A stretch of DNA of 64,000 nt. Source: Cyanophora paradoxa CCMP329. Lineage: Eukaryota > Plantae > Glaucophyta. The translations under genes were made by a program, and so were the position numbers. The stretch spans positions 124,001-188,000 of the forward strand of contig QPMI01000415.1 in NCBI GenBank assembly GCA_004431415.1. The letters run 5' to 3'. The notes under the pieces are model-generated. The model did not search any database. It worked only from the letters and a program-made list of their open reading frames with translations, and was not told the DNA's origin. Below, one piece after another: positions 36,001-40,415 of the stretch (the stretch's first letter is position 1; every line of letters begins with the position of its first letter).

Positions 36001-39000
36001 AGGGAACCGCTTTCAACGTGGAGCGGTACTGCAGGGTCGTCTGCGACCCAGGAACGAAAGAGTGCACGGAGGACTACCCACAGTACTGGGGCTACAAGAC
36101 CTGCCCTAAGCGTGGACCGATCTCCCCCGTGCCGCGTACGCCAAATTAAATGCTCGCCGCCTGATAACATGAAACTAATTAACAGAAAACAGTGCCGATC
36201 TCGATCAAGCTGACGGGCCGCCGGAGCCTGCTGCAATCAAGCCCGGCGGGGGTGTCCTTCAGCAGCGGCGTGCGGCCAGCAGGGGCCGAGTGCCACGATT
36301 ATTTGGACCAGAGGGCGGGCATGATCGGAAACACGGTCACTGCGTGCACGCAAGGGTGCGACATCGCGCAAGCACGTATTCGAAATGTATACGTACTGTT
36401 CTGATGTTTCTTGGCAGCGGAAAAGTTGTGTATTCAAGTTACACTTTTGCCGAGTGCGCAACATGCGGCTTCTACTGTTTCTCTTTTCTCGTGGCTAAAT
36501 AAATTTATGTTTCGCGCGCGAAAAACACCCAGCGGGAACAAAGTTGTGGTGCGGATGTCGGCGCTTCAATCGATCTCAAAATTGAAGCCGACGCCGCGCC
36601 CGTGCTGCTTTGTTTCGCGCAGGATGCCACCGGACGCATTACAGTGAACGTGAGTTTCTGCAGTTAAAGCGTACGCGTGACACCGCTTGTCGACCTCCGC
36701 GCTTGCAGATGCCCAATCTGATGCCTAACTCCACCGACATTGCTCCCAAGTCTCGTCGCGCCCGGAGCCTCCTCCAGACTGCGAACGGGGCGGGCATTCT
36801 GCCGCCTGTGCGTTATTCAATTTTTGATTACGTACTCTTGAATATGCTGCGGGTATTGCTGACACGTCCAACGCAGGGCACGGACTACGATTTGAATGTA
36901 CAAAACACTCTCACAGGACAGTCGACTACGATAGCGAAGGCCATGAGCTACCCGCCTCTCGATCCTGGTGCACTTAGGTGCAATGACAATATCAATTCCT
37001 CTGGCTGATACGGTTTTCTTTTTGCAGGTCTCGGCACCCCTTCAGGATTGCAGCTCCTAGCCAGCACTTTTCGTTCGGCTACCCTTCAGTTCGCACTCCC
37101 AGCAAACGGCGCGGTCGATCCCGCCACCGGGCTCCGGTTGCCTATTACAAAGGTGAGAACTCATTACTAGATGCCGGCGCATGCGCGCTTTTGGTTGTGC
37201 TGACGGCCTTCGGCCCGCATGCGCAGTGCTCACTGCTGTCGGAGACGATCCGCGAAGGGGTTGAGACGCTGGAGGAGATCGCCAGCATTGCGCAGCCCGA
37301 GAGCAAGGGGTCCCCGCCCACTTTCACGTTGGAAGGGCTCGCGACAGGGCGGCAGTTCACTGTCCTTGTCCGTTGCGAGAATGCCATCGGCAGCAGCAAC
37401 CGAAGCAACGTCCTGGTCTTCGAAACACCCGGTGCGCTTCGATTACTCTGCCGTTTCTTTTTCAGGAAGGCCTAGGGCCGGGGATGATTTAGAGTTGTTG
37501 CTTACAGCGTCGCGACTCGCGCCGGAGCTGGCGCGCGACTTCGGCCCATCTGCTCGGGGCACATGGCTCCCGCGGGCGGGCCTGGTCCTCTCCGTGCCGC
37601 CCCGCACCGGCCTCAACGGGGGCAAGAACAGGACCATACAGCTCTCAGGAAACTACCTCGCAACGCCCGCTGTGCGTCGCTCCCGGGTCCTGCTGTAATT
37701 CTTGATACTCCACTTATTCCTGTCCTCGCGACCGCGATGGCAGGTGAGCATCGGGGTCTTCACGAGCGACGGGCGCTCGCTCTCCAGCACCGTCCAGCTC
37801 CCCGCGGCCATCTCGCCCCCGCTGGACCCCAAAAATCCACAGCCCGCCACGCTGCTCACCTTTGGTGCGTGGCGCCGCTGTACATACGGTCTCGCTGTGA
37901 CTTATAATTACCGCTGGACCGAAGACGTCCCCGAGAGCCCCTGGAGCTCGAGCTCGACAAACGCGGGGGCGCGCCGCTCCGTTCTGCAGACGGCAGCGGT
38001 GGCGGGGGCCTCGCTGCTCTCCCTCGGCACGCCCTACAGCATCGCCATCGTCAGCGGCTCGTCCGCCGTCGTCATCGACAACGTGCGCGACTTTGCTCTT
38101 CACTCGTGCCTTCGCTGCGGTTGATTTGTTAAACGTTTCCGTATGCTCAGGCTGTAACCTGGCAGCGAGGTGAACAATGCGCCGCACCGACTTGCGTATA
38201 CGTATACGGACACTGACGCCGAGCGTGCACGCAGTGTCGGACTTCAACACGGCTGGCCTCACCTGCACCGCTGTAGCTGCCATTCGCAAGTGCTCCCGCT
38301 CGACCAACGCGACGAGCGGGAGCGGGGCGGCCGTTGGGGGAGCCCTCGTGCGGGTGGCGGCGCAAATCGCTGTTGGAACAACGGGGAACACCGAAGTCTC
38401 TTTTAGGGGACCGCATGCCGCGCTCCCCACACAGGTCATTCTCGAGAACGTTTCCGCGCTCACGCGTACGTGTCGCTGAAGCTCTTGAGCAGGTCATGAT
38501 CGGCACTTTCGACGAGAAGGCGCAGCCGACGTGCGCCTTCGCTCCGGTCAACGTCCGCCTCTGCGGCGCTTCAGGGACGGATCTCTGCTTCGGTGCGCCC
38601 CGAAGGCTTCAACTGCGTTTTTTGGCCCTGATATATAGCGTGCAGCCGTTCCGCTGGGCCCGCCGCCGGCCTGCGGAGCAGGGGCGCGGCGGGACCTCCT
38701 CATGACGACAAACGTCGCCTACGATCTGCTCTTCGTCCAGACGGACAGCGAGCGGACTCTCGTCTCCAGCGTATGCATTTTAATTTGGGCGTACGCATGC
38801 GCTCTTACGGATCTGCGTCTTACTTCTCGGCACTGCGGCAGTTCATTTCGTGGGACGCCAACAACGTGTCGGTCCTAGCGTGGGACGCGAACGGAGCGTC
38901 CTCGGGCTCGGGCTCGCTCAGCACCAGCACCAACCGCGACCTCGGACTCGGCCTGGGCCTCGGCCTCGGACTCGTGAGCGGCTGCGGCTGCTCTTCTATC

Positions 39001-39267
39001 CTTTTAGACTGCGACGCCTGAGCTCCTCCCGCGCGCCGCAGGGCACCGTGGCGCTCATTGTCGCCGCCCTCTGGTTCACACAAAAGAAGCGGCGGGGGCG
39101 CAACTCGCGATCGAGGCCTGGGCCTCTGCCTCTGCCTACGGATCCGGAGACGGGGCCTGCTCCTGACGTGCGCCTTGAAATGCCTTCGATTAATCTCGCA
39201 GCAATCAATACCGTCTTTAATTGACACTATGGATGACGCAGATTACCATGTTACACCTGTAGATTAA
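3090..39267 (+). CDS. Host multi-exon gene for a large type-I membrane protein with Kelch-like repeats and fibronectin type III domains; interrupted by the PLV; exon structure approximate
   Basis: Signal-peptide-like first exon (GLLLLVMLCLGLRIRASDA). Kelch-like motifs RLYVLGG, EIFCYGG, DVYMFGG. FN3 motif FTLEGLATGRQFTVLVRCENAIGSSNRSNVLVFETP. C-terminal TM segment (LGLGLGLGL..VALIVAALWF) followed by KKRRGR. Many short GT..CAG introns. Confidence 0.65.
4791..4796. repeat. Left target-site duplication GGCACA
   Basis: Identical to 31077-31082 and lies immediately outside the TIR. Confidence 0.93.
4797..5659 (+). repeat. Left terminal inverted repeat (863 bp)
   Basis: Reverse complement of 30214-31076. 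Both ends match, and the embedded ORFs give identical proteins at the same 383-nt offset from each terminus. Confidence 0.95.
5180..5503 (+). CDS. Tandem zinc-finger protein (2 x CxxC...CxxC), TIR-encoded copy 1
   Basis: KQCNVCNKVKPASSY...WRCKVC and KVCSHCKIEKPASEY..KDGLYYQCREC. Resembles zinc ribbons associated with phage/viral HNH and EndoVII nucleases. Confidence 0.75.
   Translation: MASDQVTLPESKQCNVCNKVKPASSYTLQKGSSGSILLNWRCKVCERDYRNYLYHFVLKTRPKIEVQSKVCSHCKIEKPASEYNKKQSTKDGLYYQCRECYSKTRKS
5710..6519 (+). CDS. Dam/D12-class N6-adenine DNA methyltransferase
   Basis: N-terminal YxGxK (YTGNK), motif I IEPFCGSGA, YMNDND, catalytic motif IV FIFLDPPY, C-terminal IIMTNY. Confidence 0.9.
   Translation: MKTHFYHKYTGNKYNEMDTIYPYIDLEGINKVIEPFCGSGACSFYLWEKHKDRFDYYMNDNDETHTLFLNTMKDPDNKVKLLESLKQFEAVSNIEEHKEVYKKFLQHDRKDAMDYLAHHFYLLKNSVLNVKTLRDFKKRNVKVSPYTTLKKKIPYDDFIKGASLSHGDFRDIVAKYRDDEAAFIFLDPPYVNSNNDFYENVEFDLETFFLDLEDLFKTAKCKVMMVVNDALLMKLLFKPYIRHTYGKVYGITKRKRNHIIMTNYELGEK
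6765..7157 (+). CDS. speD: S-adenosylmethionine decarboxylase proenzyme (pyruvoyl-dependent, short prokaryotic SpeD/SpeH type)
   Basis: N-terminal GYHVMLD, autocleavage motif LLDE/SH, HSY, and AIDIFTCG. The 130-aa length is typical of the short class. Confidence 0.85.
   Translation: MDSRYRGYHVMLDYITEPFTESPEACAEWITANLSQYITDRNMRIVHQHTCIFDGSISPPGFAIGFLLDESHATAHSYSDQGLLAIDIFTCGSNAEAKTMGIAQDINDLIQERLKVRKWDLQVEQRFPIS
7183..7497 (-). CDS. Protein with two tandem DUF5710-like repeats
   Basis: YVDIPYDKKNVAKSLGGKWDPENSCWYV and YLDIPYEFKDQAKAEKARWDPVMKSWYV. Confidence 0.75.
   Translation of the reverse strand: MEGEKHYVDIPYDKKNVAKSLGGKWDPENSCWYVTQKDHPLCSQFKTLSYEQVYQRNVKVYLDIPYEFKDQAKAEKARWDPVMKSWYVMGLDHPLMGKFPIKEH
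7511..7530 (-). promoter_or_regulatory. Conserved upstream motif CCGAAATTATTTTCTCCGGT (putative viral promoter)
   Basis: Identical 20-mer at 13270-13289 and partial copies at 13838-13850, 14420-14430 and 18325-18336. Each lies just upstream of a minus-strand start codon. Confidence 0.7.
7537..8918 (-). CDS. Retroviral-type (rve) integrase, split by a -1 frameshift near 8590
   Basis: N part has the Polinton-like YDPKTGFKNPSAIYEEL. Shifting frame gives FIPITAPPWCYQADLIF...VLTLIEMTSRKAYA, continuing into LETDNGSEF and YNNTIHRTIGMKP. Confidence 0.88.
8937..13247 (-). CDS. Fusion protein: divergent family-B DNA polymerase core, superfamily-1 helicase, C-terminal HNH nuclease
   Basis: PolB motifs: A VDMAKCYPS, B-like KKHILVKEIGMLGK, C-like GIRTDCLY. 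SF1 motifs: MPGSGKST, MFDEIF, GDTYQN, TGHSTQGLT, FYTALTR. HNH: CAIC..VDRINNKRPHLKDNCQLAHHGCN. Confidence 0.85.
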   Translation of the reverse strand: MPRATNRIANNVRDEIIGYIMQGLSQDLLTEEQAHWAMHNTMNRKPKLQTLIDIRDTLNGIINPRVFRRAERKEKRAARTQVNIEKQKQKEQEAKRLQRFDRKREQKRAKEAKLEAKQQRGKLKAVEDAIKRIILDPIAQYDPETLATITFKLWGPGSGARSSEVIVIPGIPESNMPDRTFVTYRNLRETVSVSVLRSFALAKIDSVYGILTAQNRYYSEERDSIFDLLENYDELKIRLGTFGQAYEMFFFKTPPTEEQKKLRKGFDDFGGSVDDAFITVHEVVIDGDEGVEDDGAGAIPGNRYAFLDEELMDSMRCTAIMSKFTDYTLNPNASEFEDIIELPKSSTSNACGYDMIISTWGASIKKCQEAPKPRYTDLTMSYDGLYKFFHGRERTPGDSLALTLRHIEKFCKRIQTGFRVFDVDGKLVYKFAAESINKNINPRNIHFMIHNKHIYIFNDNIKSLEMRMAKMEVEELDNHVPKSTSSLALYKIPTCLTHDIFAHTSKDLLKITQLKLSPDERSFIRILYTGREGLEGLLFTFLKMRYEPAVKLTPSKQIDSITFKANGSMFSIKDPRTTDHFIEQDFETEEYYNKVCEIGKGFRESLLNTTNISHYSPNMREILTHYKRSALSGYFYKPNPKATYTAVDMAKCYPSILKGMQYLPKYNVFDDFVPFKAGSDILEYAIYYVRVVAFEKEQATFADDEDIDYDAAMSRKIDGIEIILDRAFSVSGRCYNFMTGYTLSMHWADVKDKIEIIAVAEPSHLVPNTSIAEMQKVLSSDIQTTDKKHILVKEIGMLGKFQDSQTSTKMFYNRAEAERFAQECGGTVEVFTFNPKNSKRVKTLSEFEGHIYFVKISSHRELVNGFLPIHFHIYDRNRANMFAQYKRLTARGHKVAGIRTDCLYIEGSWTSKKEFDRNAFENMGKFSYIPGKRCPENALRPPRGVTLEFQDPETLINRFSLRDEFNPECFNWVAELHNRMLVLADMPGSGKSTLGINCFASQKSNCLVICPYNKQCAELRDSLKVRGIENITVRTLYNVLGIRVSNDQTYEEAMSEKDQRAFVSEFSHIMFDEIFAYSVKDLAKIKSFIDRYPDIKYLANGDTYQNEPINDELSVSDRKGYYKRAVQSMFPNVLSLRINKRHKKETDRELIRAIKEDLFENGLEASQIISKYGLPTINDLSAIPDGYFGIAYRNEMTLAYNKLMHDRRKVNIATVEVNGIKFYKGLEVVCRRYLRISRSEGESINAYTNYTYRITKITKQMVTLTDVFDGVTFEVPCAMLEHFSLPYAGTGHSTQGLTLDSGIVICEATFRYTTREWFYTALTRNRDLSTVLIYTPIHKFQGKSDYIEYLKTKIRGYKCQDQRAGRDFNEADYITPEWILERKKQQKGACAICSLPIPIEPQDPNYRLVVDRINNKRPHLKDNCQLAHHGCNCSKK
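13416..13829 (-). CDS. Small basic DNA-binding protein with two AT-hook-like motifs
   Basis: RRPGRPKK near the N-terminus and PAGRPRK near the C-terminus, with K/R/E-rich helices between. Preceded by the shared upstream motif. Confidence 0.65.
   Translation of the reverse strand: MAKPKISNQEAMAAQQEKRRPGRPKKVITEEEKAERLRLKREKDAERQRNKHQRQKQERLAAGEATIFTPEQLQKIAIRKQQRYQDDEEYREKIREKAREYQRRKRAERKLNPPVKPQPQKPAGRPRKHVVENAKTS
13954..14388 (-). CDS. Hypothetical protein (likely start MNFITQ at 14388)
   Basis: The ATG lies ~30 nt downstream of the shared motif. Cys-rich N-terminus (STCHNSCC) and a duplicated PYVYPQQ near the C-terminus. Confidence 0.5.
   Translation of the reverse strand: MNFITQCIEMFHLHFTSTCHNSCCDTTVEVNISDDENGGRRLSVYSNHSDNHNHPRSRSPSPVPAAMSSNIETAQIEDVHVEHIRRRSCPEFVEGHLRADSPYPMYRLDQMPLGDDENVTNPYVYPQQPYVYPQQQERTVWNGY
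14540..14562 (-). terminator. GC-rich hairpin downstream of the minus-strand gene at 14593-15276
   Basis: ACCCGCTC-TAAATAC-GGGCGGGT, about 30 nt past the stop codon. Confidence 0.35.
14593..15276 (-). CDS. Hypothetical coiled-coil protein
   Basis: 227-aa ORF in the gene-dense block with a heptad-like segment (FEEKVRDLEMKVSNYEKW). Confidence 0.65.
   Translation of the reverse strand: MVYRKKPQTIQTVASGNPNRGLEESGLTSGGGLEMPEYLIDTSPEEVAKQEAIIASATADKGNQDSGKRQMDDLATVKPQIGGGSVDEATDKVIKAQVVASQHKTQDVPKAAETELKKRGSYQKHTVPVDVVMSFEEKVRDLEMKVSNYEKWMQDYNERKKLKGLVKKEISKLGLKQKVDVEEIKKEEKTDAQAVTRQQSVAPQYAHIVPTAPANFAAMLGGKRHIR
15289..16143 (-). CDS. A32-like (FtsK/HerA) genome-packaging ATPase
   Basis: Walker A AKTNCGKS, Walker B LIVLDDCL, arginine finger QGRH, and ISQK..IRSNA. 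Confidence 0.92.
   Translation of the reverse strand: MQKGTTPMDLEEWNPKQRVKLPARFLLLAKTNCGKSVFLKWLIKELEDQISYVLVFCPTSFNGFWGQITDEVHDTWKPEYVESIIEARKKAIIAGKKPKNILIVLDDCLESGTIDLSRDHLLNKLMAQGRHTFCSVALISQKLTKLSTIIRSNAEYIIFLSWSNMREFEAYHEEFGNMDKESFKRMFQEFCHSYQAIIHDNTGYSVRWWVEKADMIDDHPFTKFHKRAAFEEKKRKQQEEQATKPPPVKDSTTVCKTLSKFERELEGIPNFRKFRQEKENVNQV
16194..16910 (-). CDS. HNH homing endonuclease with two AP2 DNA-binding domains
   Basis: HNH: VDHISRDKLDNRRCNLR. AP2: SGLKGV..KWRAEI..LGCFNTKEEAAAYN and SGYRGV..KWEANF..TKEDAARFYN. Confidence 0.9.
   Translation of the reverse strand: MEYGGQMEGIRRIALNGKHGEGKFALVDEADYEHVTKISKWYFHNVRGYAWGYVGKGKNIDMHKWIMGSRDGHFVDHISRDKLDNRRCNLRFLTPQESVINTGVRRTNKSGLKGVMQRKDTGKWRAEIQKNGISYNLGCFNTKEEAAAAYNAKATELFGDLAVLNDVDPVNLTRRLLKSTNSSGYRGVNQTRSGKWEANFMHNKQRWRKICDTKEDAARFYNEKAAEILGDKAILNEI
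16983..18296 (-). CDS. Probable major capsid protein (double jelly-roll); likely start METNSQ at 18296
   Basis: About 437 aa and beta-strand rich. Motifs VVFKIPRYHFLNGLALQLDL, SLIKRIEIS and FPLCALNSEITVEIEF resemble PLV/virophage capsids. Located between the ATPase and the pentons. Confidence 0.7.
   Translation of the reverse strand: METNSQFQRPTLKSMLTTDDYKDYFLNKSLVIGTSSGTKPLRVLVAPDTEPTNALGNRVVFKIPRYHFLNGLALQLDLNPITLTDLTNGVAGTTGYLRVIGSLIKRIEISHASFRYVVPEDFVTQYFLLMTEQGELDKKLRYVGGLVGTAGNTVGGTYEIDLPSPFEKAMFPLCALNSEITVEIEFKAQGDGIIEDVNNVANIAVTNNGASLQVLKPRVICKVVNADEAVVSETIARVKSTGIAIPYNEIGFLHTDFQPTASGSRVNLSQLTGAGLIHTLVFSVRQNAKTKVNNGTLSVLAPRALRTNAVSFYVELNNNRLYSNTSLPLMIAATELQDKYNSAIFTESTSYPALTGIYFGAGNGKASLLNQENTGYIDATGTSAFDLVFEFNGVTTAAEGSSEWYAGAAYQKMQIQCIALAHNIMIIGADGIRRVSS
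18344..19269 (-). CDS. Minor capsid (penton)-like protein 1; C-terminus frameshifted near 18407
   Basis: SSDDRD..YVVTLPRRYDNVKSVRLVQATVPN, ITIPKGFY, LYIDEF, LTIKLIDHDG. The -1 frame restores AHYFTFEIET, matching the paralog's SFSFQLEVIT. Confidence 0.7.
19286..20131 (+). CDS. Minor capsid (penton)-like protein 2
   Basis: INCDSRD..LNNVRRFRVLSAEIPN, YIYLDIEEL, LDRLTISLRKWRGSVADINGLSFSFQLEV. Same motif order as 18344-19269. Confidence 0.7.
   Translation: MKRITINCDSRDLENGVLHLKTRLNNVRRFRVLSAEIPNSSYVVPPDQTITITLLNEEPTVIPASKMIAPIPSVNDYYYVDADNERYPKERALNSDALLGFAGGSFDPLGLFPVSYSLALSTNRFVFSSPNSPFTLESSDQEFCDCLGIEPGVVYASTPEPVPVPLRDYPSRYAIICPKMVDFNAIPYIYLDIEELRPFTKFAAVTGRQNNFDDSYLLRIQMNSDFGRYSFYHEPSASIPFVNVTSQLDLDRLTISLRKWRGSVADINGLSFSFQLEVITD
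20138..21630 (-). CDS. Patatin-like phospholipase fused to a discoidin (F5/8 type C) domain; -1 frameshift near 21070
   Basis: Patatin motifs LSGGGSRG, GTSTG, SAAPTYF, IDGC. The alternate frame continues YTFARTLFG..LIVVSITAG..WGIVQW. The C-terminal NYLRIDF..YIKTFEIDY..CRIDFEG is discoidin-like. Confidence 0.8.
21674..25351 (+). CDS. Large fibre/adhesin-like protein with C-terminal Pro-rich stalk and transmembrane helix; likely start MSFLNP at 21674
   Basis: Phage-fibre-like motifs NIYPATDNTYRVGLSNLRW and FDLGANSLRWNTVY. Lectin-like FETPFVSPPTIEIT..TNITTTGF. Pro-rich linker, then hydrophobic GLIGIILGAIAGAALLALMW. Confidence 0.7.
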   Translation: MSFLNPRPDARVINSTTQIEDTDQVNTEIRGSLRINYNADREDPVSGTPSRPAALQLMNVEKGDHKLGIDFLLDDNERNRVASIQATRQLPKTVRYNRRNIPKAFDRGRLNFFIQDESGFQNAAMRIVDNSTLIAGVSTRKTKVEVVHDLSAGNLTTSNITASNITTDTLNVNSLNSESFFATNVATCNLNIESFVIQKSESVPQITEGVFTLDPAKPTLEIVENGNVVDIIGANAPNVRSLALDKTTISFAEEIPAFTTEKQALRTDHVHITRDNINDLLGKDIVKAFLEFERSKNTKDSSQDGTLTTHTTEIAALQSEINALFAADGALAITLAHILSKRNIYPATDNTYRVGLSNLRWSELHGVSMFASNLILPFNHSLRPNQILTSDNALISYTDFNSNLSRSVSRTETYEVTGYPQKFAGLEVYVVYADSPTYTFTWDQLGVTGFETLPTVTLVDHTVYFNQITLTDEYNKAYVHNITSTGFQVLFQYVGTNTLIIRNSSLNTIANLSFTLTVNYVTPVFDSKPRVKVYRDLQGSNIVPFSQSFDLGANSLRWNTVYSLSANTCNIVVAGSSATIGDLTAPFKKEYLKELYITKSDLPDAISLVLSPTPSISYHNVKDTSNVVQRGSKVFQASEIGSVSYRYLAGVPANFNFTFETPFVSPPTIEITDTNLYVVNDGSATSLQNAPAGYSPFVATNITTTGFTLVGNATVTYALTSYPVGLYFAKFNLSVIPAVSLSPPFTVSWKATGTIPRFDPEDRLKIRYPLDVTDIHTTRINGQNFVFNGTNATLIDNRVTNNYFFDSRYINTCNIVIHKTFEDRSKTLTVTLPTHSNVSDGFYYYLLNRYYTSYIPYPSETVSMSYPKVTLTSTNADFFGSTDFMRDFFYFTSSTDGLLVYYSYRYESIATQIDSHPNTDIITAGDKKYIKTASPWVCTVRLDDRYTPNLNNIGLHSTCNIYVQGAISATKYYEGGNCDTGHRLLSRNGLFESFSGTALPPFIRDTVYDTTCNIWVCRSVSNPPVTQELYKYLSDTYGAITGSSTGNPATAPIVFANAYTAPTSLAGSTEPPPNDPNPNQPNPDPDSKDPPTTDPPYTPPTTNNPTPIGAPQGGGNGIGGLIGIILGAIAGAALLALMWKYRSLFFACCYNAGAAYSTPEVGLTETPDGDLGVEISRPEGNSLSVIRNGRSPQDRGALRSGGDSDFMSEIAQREGRVYEHVPNVM
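25374..28802 (+). CDS. Repeat-rich fibre protein with C-terminal H-type-lectin-like domain
   Basis: Many HxHTKxxITDF repeats, YLPLTGGT and VATTGNYDDLINTP, all phage tail-fibre-type motifs. C-terminal VTFPKAFAEAPEVVL..TTTTFTI..SYIATG. Confidence 0.78.
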   Translation: MTIISNPTFNNKYYVTDPEIPSAQNDLIVSHTPYLGEVVKDSWNDVTGHEFGHLYDIQSGIGYVDALTGTVFRNLNCNCTGGWLFQTCSNVASDLDPAEYITTDLYGGKTIFSITCNLVNSDVPIIAPVIGASNMYIQRNPVVHTGAEFILGDNTPISRIELPNSHKHLWEHITNAPLTYPPSSHEHLWEHITNRPLTFPPDPHTHDYLSLKGGVISSNLTISSNLTVTSNIYASNIYASNIYSSNLWASNINGSNVIVDYLTVKIEANLPNHPTSNVVLDWLAKQKHTKADITDFAHNHTKDQITDFAHKHLWRISQIRPQPSTRKHSHDYSEITNSNHRHPWEEIDEQPTFAQLNAIGNVFNGVTLYQSINTPERLFLNDHYVSLNGSFTGETGTPMVGTLAVRLPRDPIVNGVYSGDFNVGVNDTFPSIYVTNYHPGEIGQEADFSAAIQVNVTDQSAYDGARPKIVFTREKVVNYLPVVGQPTDDHGKCEIAWIKTTSGGALEVNQRMAAKNLHNTTLSGVVTDDYLESKNYVDDTELAAILEDYVTDTELTSALGNYLPLTGGTLTGDVHAPNFFVDTPNDQTFPVVHLGAEYVLDPNTPFSRLELPNVHKHFWEHIVNPPSTYPPDSHDHDYLPLTGGTIAGDVHASNFFVTTPNDQTFPVVHLGAEYVLDPNTPISRIELPNVHNVRPLTFAPHLHTHTKSEITDFSHTHTKSEITDFAHTHTKSQITDFPTFATVATTGNYDDLINTPTYTSPTDFDATSGISTDRTGDWRDYFGQPLVGDTSTWANTWIDGDDDCSSCKMYWTVPTDMKSCYIYYTCQYDSRYFDVVGIEPSNNTYTRLRVNAYAPGINPVRDFKQFVAINCEGLVKVGVHGQIGRIYLPGPITVGWSKNPAISSHSGFLHWNNIYGKPTASTTVGPHSHFKADITDFAHSHTKANITDFAHTHTKSEITDFPTLDPFVANTITANNTMYVGSGQIYQPDAPLYLEQWFFHNSANIYDKTLLCRGNAYARAYYAMDETDNTKIAKLVSEQRVNKDQYIQTGKFSKSLTITGPGHWGFPQVVTFPKAFAEAPEVVLNLIQGYNGGSYVLVYGVTSSTTTTFTIHATISAEHAFNESIGLFHYQMSYIATGKMVA
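28799..28842. repeat. Exact 22-bp tandem duplication just upstream of the C1q gene
   Basis: ATAATATTCTCACGTAATAATA twice. Confidence 0.85.
28858..29820 (+). CDS. Fibre protein with C-terminal C1q globular domain
   Basis: PSFMVY..VAFNIGNNF..RFTAPVSGIYLFKFSV..FRVNG..IKLNATDYV..FQGVLL. Confidence 0.82.
   Translation: MSTVFTPVFSLSASAVHNVQHTIYDLSESFPSTETAKTDSFNETSILRVKELRADKAGGIVKATELIVSNRPAISSGLVTKENLYEGQQDSKTAFNPADRNSAAFQVYSGGAWIGTGLSVNGNATITGSLTAGSFGTVKTTTIDSGANSDLLIKRNGVAMATVTSTGLTVNSGTNMGYLSLPNHPSFMVYGVAYSTGSTATTSYVNYPTVAFNIGNNFSVASGATPARFTAPVSGIYLFKFSVYPSTPAGSWAMFFRVNGSTNYYNQSIQNQGTLAHMEAVLMIKLNATDYVSPFLGHTTGVTQLTYEYNCFQGVLLHAT
29855..30118 (+). CDS. Small phage-like protein (87 aa), possibly fibre-associated
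   Basis: LEYCAYSVQEWLDNAVHNRARIAIDEIV resembles, from memory, small proteins found next to tail-fibre genes in aquatic phages. Not verified by search. Confidence 0.55.
   Translation: MSTTLSVAISNAELLGLEYCAYSVQEWLDNAVHNRARIAIDEIVDKEVKSCISAGIPIPLTKEAIVEQAFNRGTVRKASEIPVSAPM
30214..31076 (-). repeat. Right terminal inverted repeat (863 bp)
   Basis: Reverse complement of 4797-5659. Confidence 0.95.
30370..30693 (-). CDS. Tandem zinc-finger protein, TIR-encoded copy 2
   Basis: Protein identical to 5180-5503. Confidence 0.75.
   Translation of the reverse strand: MASDQVTLPESKQCNVCNKVKPASSYTLQKGSSGSILLNWRCKVCERDYRNYLYHFVLKTRPKIEVQSKVCSHCKIEKPASEYNKKQSTKDGLYYQCRECYSKTRKS
31077..31082. repeat. Right target-site duplication GGCACA
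   Basis: Identical to 4791-4796. Confidence 0.93.
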
Positions 39268-39834
39268 AATTTCTGAAACTATAGCTAGTACTTTCTTTCG
39301 GTTTCGCATTCTCAAAAACTGATCATGAGTCAGCTCGTGGCTTGAAGATCCTTCTCAGTAGTCTTCTCTGTCAAATCGTTTCAAAGCTTCATGATCATGC
39401 TGCAAAGTCGGCCCGGCGGCCCGGGTCGGGAGCCCGGCCCATCTGGCCGGGGATCTAAATCTGTCGTGGGCTGCCTGATCGCTGCTGCAGCGATCATAAG
39501 AGGCTCTAGATCTGCTCGTACATGTACTTGTCGACGAGTCGAGCCTGAAAATGATATCGATAATTATATAAGGGCCTCGGCTGCGGTCTCGTAGAGCTCG
39601 AGCGCGAATCGAATGGAAGCGGGCTGGGCCCGGCTGGCAGCGGGAAAATTAAACCTGACGGGCGGCCTCGGGCCTGGCCTGTACTTGAACTCCGGATCAT
39701 CGATATCAGATCATCGGATCCGTCAGCAAGAATTTAAAGAGGTCACCCGGCCCGGGGGCCGGCCGGGCCGACTGCGGGGTCTGCAGGCAGGGGCGGCGTC
39801 TCACGGCTGACGTCGATCTGGGCCGGGGCCCGGG

Positions 39835-40036
39835 TGCAGTGCGAATGCGGCATCATAACTTGTGACGCCTCAGCTGCAGCCTGCAGGGCCCGCGGCCTAG
39901 TCCCCGAGTCGAGTCAACACATTAAAGCCTCTCGGTTGCAGTGCGAATGCGGCATCATAACTTGTGACGCCTCAGCTGCAGCCTGCAGGGCCCGCGGCCT
40001 AGTCCCCGAGTCGAGTCAACACATTAAAGCCTCTCG
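39835..40036. repeat. Tandem duplication, period 102 bp, two copies
   Basis: TGCAGTGCGAATGCGGCATC...ATTAAAGCCTCTCG starts at 39835 and again at 39937. Confidence 0.85.
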
Positions 40037-40285
40037 ATCGCAAGTGCCGCAGCGCTGCCCGGCGGCCCCGCAAGCGCTACCATATGCATCGAATGATTGA
40101 CGTTGTAATTGATATTCATGAATATCAATTACGTATTGTACAAAGTTGCAATTGCGACAGAAAGCTCAACGATCGCGGAATGGAAATGCATCTAAATTTC
40201 AAAGAAACTATTGATCGCTACCGGTACCTCATCGATATCAAGAAGAATAAGTTAATTACAAATCTGCAGCTGCAGCGCGCCCGGA

Positions 40286-40383
40286 TCAAATGTGGATTTC
40301 AGAGGAGGCGCCGCGGCTCGCGACCGCGGGGACGCCCGGCAGGGGCGCCGCCCCCACGACGAGGACCTGCCCCAGGGACCCGC

Positions 40384-40415
<32 letters not shown>
